Shown: piece by piece, positions 59,808 through 64,000 of the stretch | Position numbering within the stretch: position 1 is the stretch's first letter | Layout: each line of letters begins with the position of its first letter | Origin: an uncultured delta proteobacterium | GTDB lineage: Bacteria; Desulfobacterota; Binatia; UBA9968 | DNA: 64,000 bases | Direction: 5' to 3' | NCBI GenBank assembly: GCA_963728565.1 | Contig: CAVSLC010000018.1 | Span: forward strand, 64,001 to 128,000 | Notes under the pieces: generated by a model | What the model was told of the DNA's origin: nothing | What the model saw: the letters and a program-made list of their open reading frames with translations, nothing else | The model's database searches: none | Position numbers and translations under genes: made by a program

Positions 59808-60596
59808 GTGAGCAGAACATTTGATGCCTTAAAGAAGGCAGAAGCCGTCGCGAAAACTAAACAGCTCGTTGATGGGAAGAAAAGCCGGCGGGTCAGCTTC
59901 CAGGCATTGAGCGTCTTCAAGGAAAAAAAGCGCCCGATTACAATTGACTTCGATTTAGATCCGTACGTTGAGGAACAATACCATAAACTGCGCCGTCACC
60001 TTTTGCCGAATTCGAAACGGGCCGCAGTCAAAGTCGTGATGGTGGCGGCCACCGATCATGGCGAAGGATGCACCACCACAGCAGCCATCTTAGCTTCTAC
60101 GTTAGCGCGAGCGGGCAACTCCAAAATTTTGCTTGTTGACGCAAACCTTAGAACGCCGGCTCTAGACGAAGTTTTCGAGCCAGGACACGCCTATAAGTTG
60201 ATTGGATTGTCCGACAAAGTTCTATCCCATGCGCCGCTCGATCAGACTATCTACGAAACCGATATTCCCAACCTGTTCTTTATGCCGTGCGGTAAGGCAG
60301 TGGCATCGCCTTCCTATGTATTCGCCAGCGAGCCAATTAGCGAGATGTTGTCGATGTTGCGCGAGCAGTTCGACTTCGTCATTTTTGATGGGTCGCCGTT
60401 GCGTGATTATTCGGAATCGTGCTTTCTTGCCGAGAAGATGGACGGTGTCATCTTAGTCGTGGAAGCCGAACGAACCAAAGCCGAAGTCCTGCGCAAGATC
60501 CGCAAGGATCTTGAATCGACCGGCGTGAATATTTTAGGGGTCGTTCTAAATAAGAAAAAGAATTACATCCCGGATTATCTTGAGAAGTTCCTCTAG
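59808..60596 (+). CDS. CpsD/CapB-family tyrosine kinase (atypical Walker A)
   Basis: EQYHKLR, GEGCTTT, LLVDANLRTP, FDFVIFDGSP, DGVILVV, LGVVLN. Confidence 0.9.
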   Translation: MSRTFDALKKAEAVAKTKQLVDGKKSRRVSFQALSVFKEKKRPITIDFDLDPYVEEQYHKLRRHLLPNSKRAAVKVVMVAATDHGEGCTTTAAILASTLARAGNSKILLVDANLRTPALDEVFEPGHAYKLIGLSDKVLSHAPLDQTIYETDIPNLFFMPCGKAVASPSYVFASEPISEMLSMLREQFDFVIFDGSPLRDYSESCFLAEKMDGVILVVEAERTKAEVLRKIRKDLESTGVNILGVVLNKKKNYIPDYLEKFL

Positions 60597-60664
60597 TAGG
60601 TTTGCGGTTCTTTTATAGCTAATCACATCAAAACTTCCTTAGTTCCTCCCTCATACATACAGTT

Positions 60665-61636
60665 GTGAATTGTCCGGGCTTAAACGAGCTGCCGGCGCCT
60701 CCGAATGGTCGATTCGGTTGGCCATGGACAGAGGAAAGCGATCGGCTCTCGAATGAAGCCGCGGCAGCCCGGTCATTGCCCGTGATTAGTGTCATTACAC
60801 CCTCTTATGATCAAGGTAACTATCTCGAGGAGACGATCCGATCGGTTCTCCTGCAGGGATATCCGAAACTTGAGTATATCGTTATGGACGGTGGCAGTAC
60901 GGATGAGTCCCTCGATATTATTCAGAAGTATTCACCATGGTTGACATATTGGGTCAGCGAGCCTGATGCGGGCCAAAGCGATGCAATCAACCGAGGGCTC
61001 AGCTTTGCGTCCGGCTCGTGGGCTACGTGGATCAATAGCGACGATATGCTTTGTAAGAATGCTCTCTTAGAGCATGCAAGCCGCTTCGGATTCGATGAGA
61101 ATACGGTTTATGTGGGTATCTGCGTATGTATCGACAAACTCGGGACTGTCCTCTCACATCATTGCGGCCGCGTTCAGTCGCTGGAAGATCTCCTTCAGAT
61201 AGATCGAGTCTGGCGTGCCGGTGGACACATTATCCAGCCGGAGGTTATCTTCCCACGGCAGCTGGCGCTTGCGGTAGGTGGCCTAAATACCGAAAATCAC
61301 TATACGATGGATTATGAGTTCTGGGGAAAGCTGCTTCTGGCTGGAGCGAAGTTTCGCTATACACAAGTACCATTCGGCACGTTCAGAGAGCATGACGCGC
61401 AGAAAACCCATGATCCCTTGCGCACGACTGCGTCGCTTTTGAAAACGGCTACTGAGCTCATTGAGCTTGCAACCTGTTTTTCAGAAGACAATAAAAAAGA
61501 TCTGATGGGCGAGCTCGACGCCTATAAAGCTGATTATGATAAAAATTATTGGGACCGTAGCGGTAGGCTGGCGCGATCGGGACTGCCGCGCAGTATTGTA
61601 ACGTATTTACGGAGTTTCAGATCCATTCTGCAATAG
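60665..61636 (+). CDS. Glycosyltransferase family 2
   Basis: GWPWT, SVITPSYDQG, DGGSTD, GQSDAINRG, WINSDD. Confidence 0.93.
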   Translation: MNCPGLNELPAPPNGRFGWPWTEESDRLSNEAAAARSLPVISVITPSYDQGNYLEETIRSVLLQGYPKLEYIVMDGGSTDESLDIIQKYSPWLTYWVSEPDAGQSDAINRGLSFASGSWATWINSDDMLCKNALLEHASRFGFDENTVYVGICVCIDKLGTVLSHHCGRVQSLEDLLQIDRVWRAGGHIIQPEVIFPRQLALAVGGLNTENHYTMDYEFWGKLLLAGAKFRYTQVPFGTFREHDAQKTHDPLRTTASLLKTATELIELATCFSEDNKKDLMGELDAYKADYDKNYWDRSGRLARSGLPRSIVTYLRSFRSILQ

Positions 61637-61740
61637 GTCATACGCGTGCTGTAGAAAATCGAAGCACAACTCGCCGTCTTTGCAATCTCCAATCGACCTC
61701 CGACTATTTTCCGAAGCATGCTCACTGGTGGAAACTGCCA

Positions 61741-63624
61741 GTGAGCATCGATGTCAAAAGTTATTCCATGGGCTTCATCGCAGGTCATGTAAGTAAGGGC
61801 CATCGTTATGTCGACGGTGAGTTTCTGAGGGCTATACAATTACACCGAATCATCGCCGCAGATGATCTGAACGACTATGAGAGTATCCTTGTCGAGACAC
61901 CGCTGGGTTATATCGCCGCAAAACATAAGAAAGACCATCCGATACCATCAAAGATATATTGCGACAGCAATGGTAACAAGCTTCTAGTCCTGGGGTTTCT
62001 GTACTCATTCGACGGGACATTGACAGCTACAAGGCTTGAAACATACGAAGGGGAGTTTATAGCTGTATTCTTGGAGCAATCAGGCAATCTCCACATCGTA
62101 AATGATCGCTTCGGTTCTCGACCATTTTATATTTCAAAGAACAGTTCTGGCATTTACTTCTCTTCTAATTTGGCTTTCTTGCTTCAGATGCTTGGCAGAA
62201 AGCATGACCCTGATGTTCTGGGCTGGTTTCAGGTGTTTAGTTACGGACATACGTCCGAAAGCCGCACCACATTCAGCGGCGTGAAGCGGCTGCTTCCAGC
62301 AACGCATGTTACGATCGATCCTAACGGTGCATTTCAGGAGAGAACCTACTGGAAGCTTGAGTATGCGCCAGTTGCTGATCTAGATCCTGTCTCCCACAGC
62401 AAGGAGGTTTTTGCGGCGTTTAAGCGGGGCGCGGTGCTTCGTTCGAAACTTGCGGGAAAAGGAGTGGTGGCTCTAAGCGGTGGTCTGGATAGTAGGCTTG
62501 TAGCCGCTGCGCTTCCCGAGGATGTAGAGTTCTCTGCATTTACGTTTGTGAATTCGGCTGAAGCCCCTTCAACAGCAGATACGGACATCGCAGCCCAAGT
62601 TAGCAAGGTCTTAGGGCTACAGCACCGAGTCGAGCCGGTTCCAAGGCAAGAGTACTCGGCGATCGCAGACGACGTTATCCTACTGACTGGAGGTATGCGA
62701 CCGCTACACCATTCCGCAACAGTAATGCCTTACATTCGGGAGCTGGAGCGGTGCGGAGTTCGATTTTTGCTCGGCGGTGGTCCAGGTGATGTGAGTGCCG
62801 GATCTAAAATCCCTTCGGTTCAATATCTGGATCCCTCGAGAACAGATGAATGCGTACAGGACTTCTGTCGGACATTAGCCGGTGGAGCTCAGCTTCTAGG
62901 AATTTTGTTCAGGCAGGAAATCGTAAAAGAATATCGAGACGATGTTTATACATCACTTTCAGAGTCGTTTCTTGATATCAGTGCGCCGACAGCGGCCCAC
63001 AAAGTAACCGCATGGGAGCTGCTCAACAGATGGCCCGCATTTACTTTCACCTCAATGCTGCACAACCATCCGAACGTTAGCGAAGCGTTCTGCCATCTGG
63101 ACTATCAATACATGAATTTAATGCTTAAATTACCTGCTCAATGGCTTTACGAGCGGAACTTTTATCGTGTCATGATCCACAATTGTCTACCTAAGCTCCG
63201 GGGCATTCCGTACGCAAATACGGGTCAACTCCTTTCCAGCGAAATACAACACTATGACTATGATTTAGATCTGAGAAGTCGCACTGTCGGGTTTGCTGCT
63301 CAATTCGCTCGAAAACTTATCCCCCGCAAGATAAAGCGGTTACTGAAACCCACGCCTAAAGGCGCCCGTTCGTTCTCTTACTATCTTTACCGAGACGACG
63401 GAAAGTTAATTACTGGCCTAAAAGAATGCCTACATTCTATAAGCGCCCTTCGGGAGATCCTCGACACTGATAAATGCTTACGCTTTTTGGATGACTTTCG
63501 TTCGGATAACATAACCCACCTCTCCTATGATCGACAGACGGAACTTGTAGGCAGCCTCGCAACGATGTGCCTCACATTCAAAGGTTTATCGAATAGCGAA
63601 TTACATCAGCGGCACGGGACCTAA
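61741..63624 (+). CDS. Asparagine synthetase-like amidotransferase
   Basis: NDRFGSRPFY, LSGGLDSR, GGGPGD; likely start ATG 61768 (MGFIAG). Confidence 0.85.
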   Translation: MSIDVKSYSMGFIAGHVSKGHRYVDGEFLRAIQLHRIIAADDLNDYESILVETPLGYIAAKHKKDHPIPSKIYCDSNGNKLLVLGFLYSFDGTLTATRLETYEGEFIAVFLEQSGNLHIVNDRFGSRPFYISKNSSGIYFSSNLAFLLQMLGRKHDPDVLGWFQVFSYGHTSESRTTFSGVKRLLPATHVTIDPNGAFQERTYWKLEYAPVADLDPVSHSKEVFAAFKRGAVLRSKLAGKGVVALSGGLDSRLVAAALPEDVEFSAFTFVNSAEAPSTADTDIAAQVSKVLGLQHRVEPVPRQEYSAIADDVILLTGGMRPLHHSATVMPYIRELERCGVRFLLGGGPGDVSAGSKIPSVQYLDPSRTDECVQDFCRTLAGGAQLLGILFRQEIVKEYRDDVYTSLSESFLDISAPTAAHKVTAWELLNRWPAFTFTSMLHNHPNVSEAFCHLDYQYMNLMLKLPAQWLYERNFYRVMIHNCLPKLRGIPYANTGQLLSSEIQHYDYDLDLRSRTVGFAAQFARKLIPRKIKRLLKPTPKGARSFSYYLYRDDGKLITGLKECLHSISALREILDTDKCLRFLDDFRSDNITHLSYDRQTELVGSLATMCLTFKGLSNSELHQRHGT

Positions 63625-63661
63625 GATAAAGTTAAAGCTATCCAAGTCGCTGTTCGCGCGT

Positions 63662-64000
63662 ATGCCAAAAAAAAACATTTGCGTCACCCTGCCTGGTTCG
63701 CTGGGATATAGCGAGACGTTTTTGCAAGCACATACGGAGAGGCTTTCGCCTTTCGTAAATTGTTTAGACGATTTTCCCATCGATGTCGATTATGTCCTTC
63801 CAAAAGAGGCTAGCGATAATGATTTTAGGCGTCGTCTGCGATCTTTTTGGTACACTTTCGGGTTAAATCCGATCAAGAAAGTCTCCCTGCGAAGATTCTT
63901 TCACAAGAATAATATAGGCCTAGTACTGGCCGAATATGGGTTAACGGGTTTAGGAATATTGAAGAGTTGCAAGGAGCTACAGATGCCGCTCGTTGTACAC
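63662..64000 (+). CDS. Glycosyltransferase family 4, N-terminal part (runs off window edge)
   Basis: Hand translation MPKKNICVTLPGSLGYSETFLQAH...LVLAEYG...LQMPLVVH; open to the window end; not in the ORF track. Confidence 0.75.
   Translation, partial: MPKKNICVTLPGSLGYSETFLQAHTERLSPFVNCLDDFPIDVDYVLPKEASDNDFRRRLRSFWYTFGLNPIKKVSLRRFFHKNNIGLVLAEYGLTGLGILKSCKELQMPLVVH

Overview
Gene-dense chromosomal segment of an environmental bacterium. The expanded NMT1/SsuA-like binding proteins, amidohydrolases, TRAP/Tct transporters, luciferase-like enzyme and MetE-like protein suggest Candidatus Binatia (Desulfobacterota_B); this is an inference. Layout: (i) 0.7-17.8 kb, a minus-strand organic/aromatic acid uptake block (TAXI-TRAP, TctABC, Liv-type ABC, benzoate-CoA ligase with two frameshifts, MetE-like and heme-oxygenase-like proteins); (ii) 18-28 kb, catabolic enzymes and stand-alone binding proteins; (iii) 28-35 kb, a sigma-54 promoter ahead of a secreted beta-propeller and a cupredoxin, followed by an orphan binding protein, Cache-type histidine kinase and NtrC-type activator; (iv) 35-50 kb, a UbiD decarboxylase resembling phthaloyl-CoA decarboxylase, a giant membrane/spermidine-synthase-like/TPR protein, proC, YdbH/YdbL, a poly-Pro OmpA protein and glycerate kinase; (v) glycogen genes; (vi) the start of a sigma-54/NusG-paralog-controlled exopolysaccharide operon. 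Non-coding highlights: a 126-bp MITE-like element, a GTTCAA inverted-repeat element, a structured ~300-bp region resembling an IS110 non-coding end with no transposase, and a 25-aa sigma-54-driven membrane peptide gene absent from the ORF track. No rRNA, tRNA or CRISPR array was seen. All family calls come from motif recognition, not database searches.
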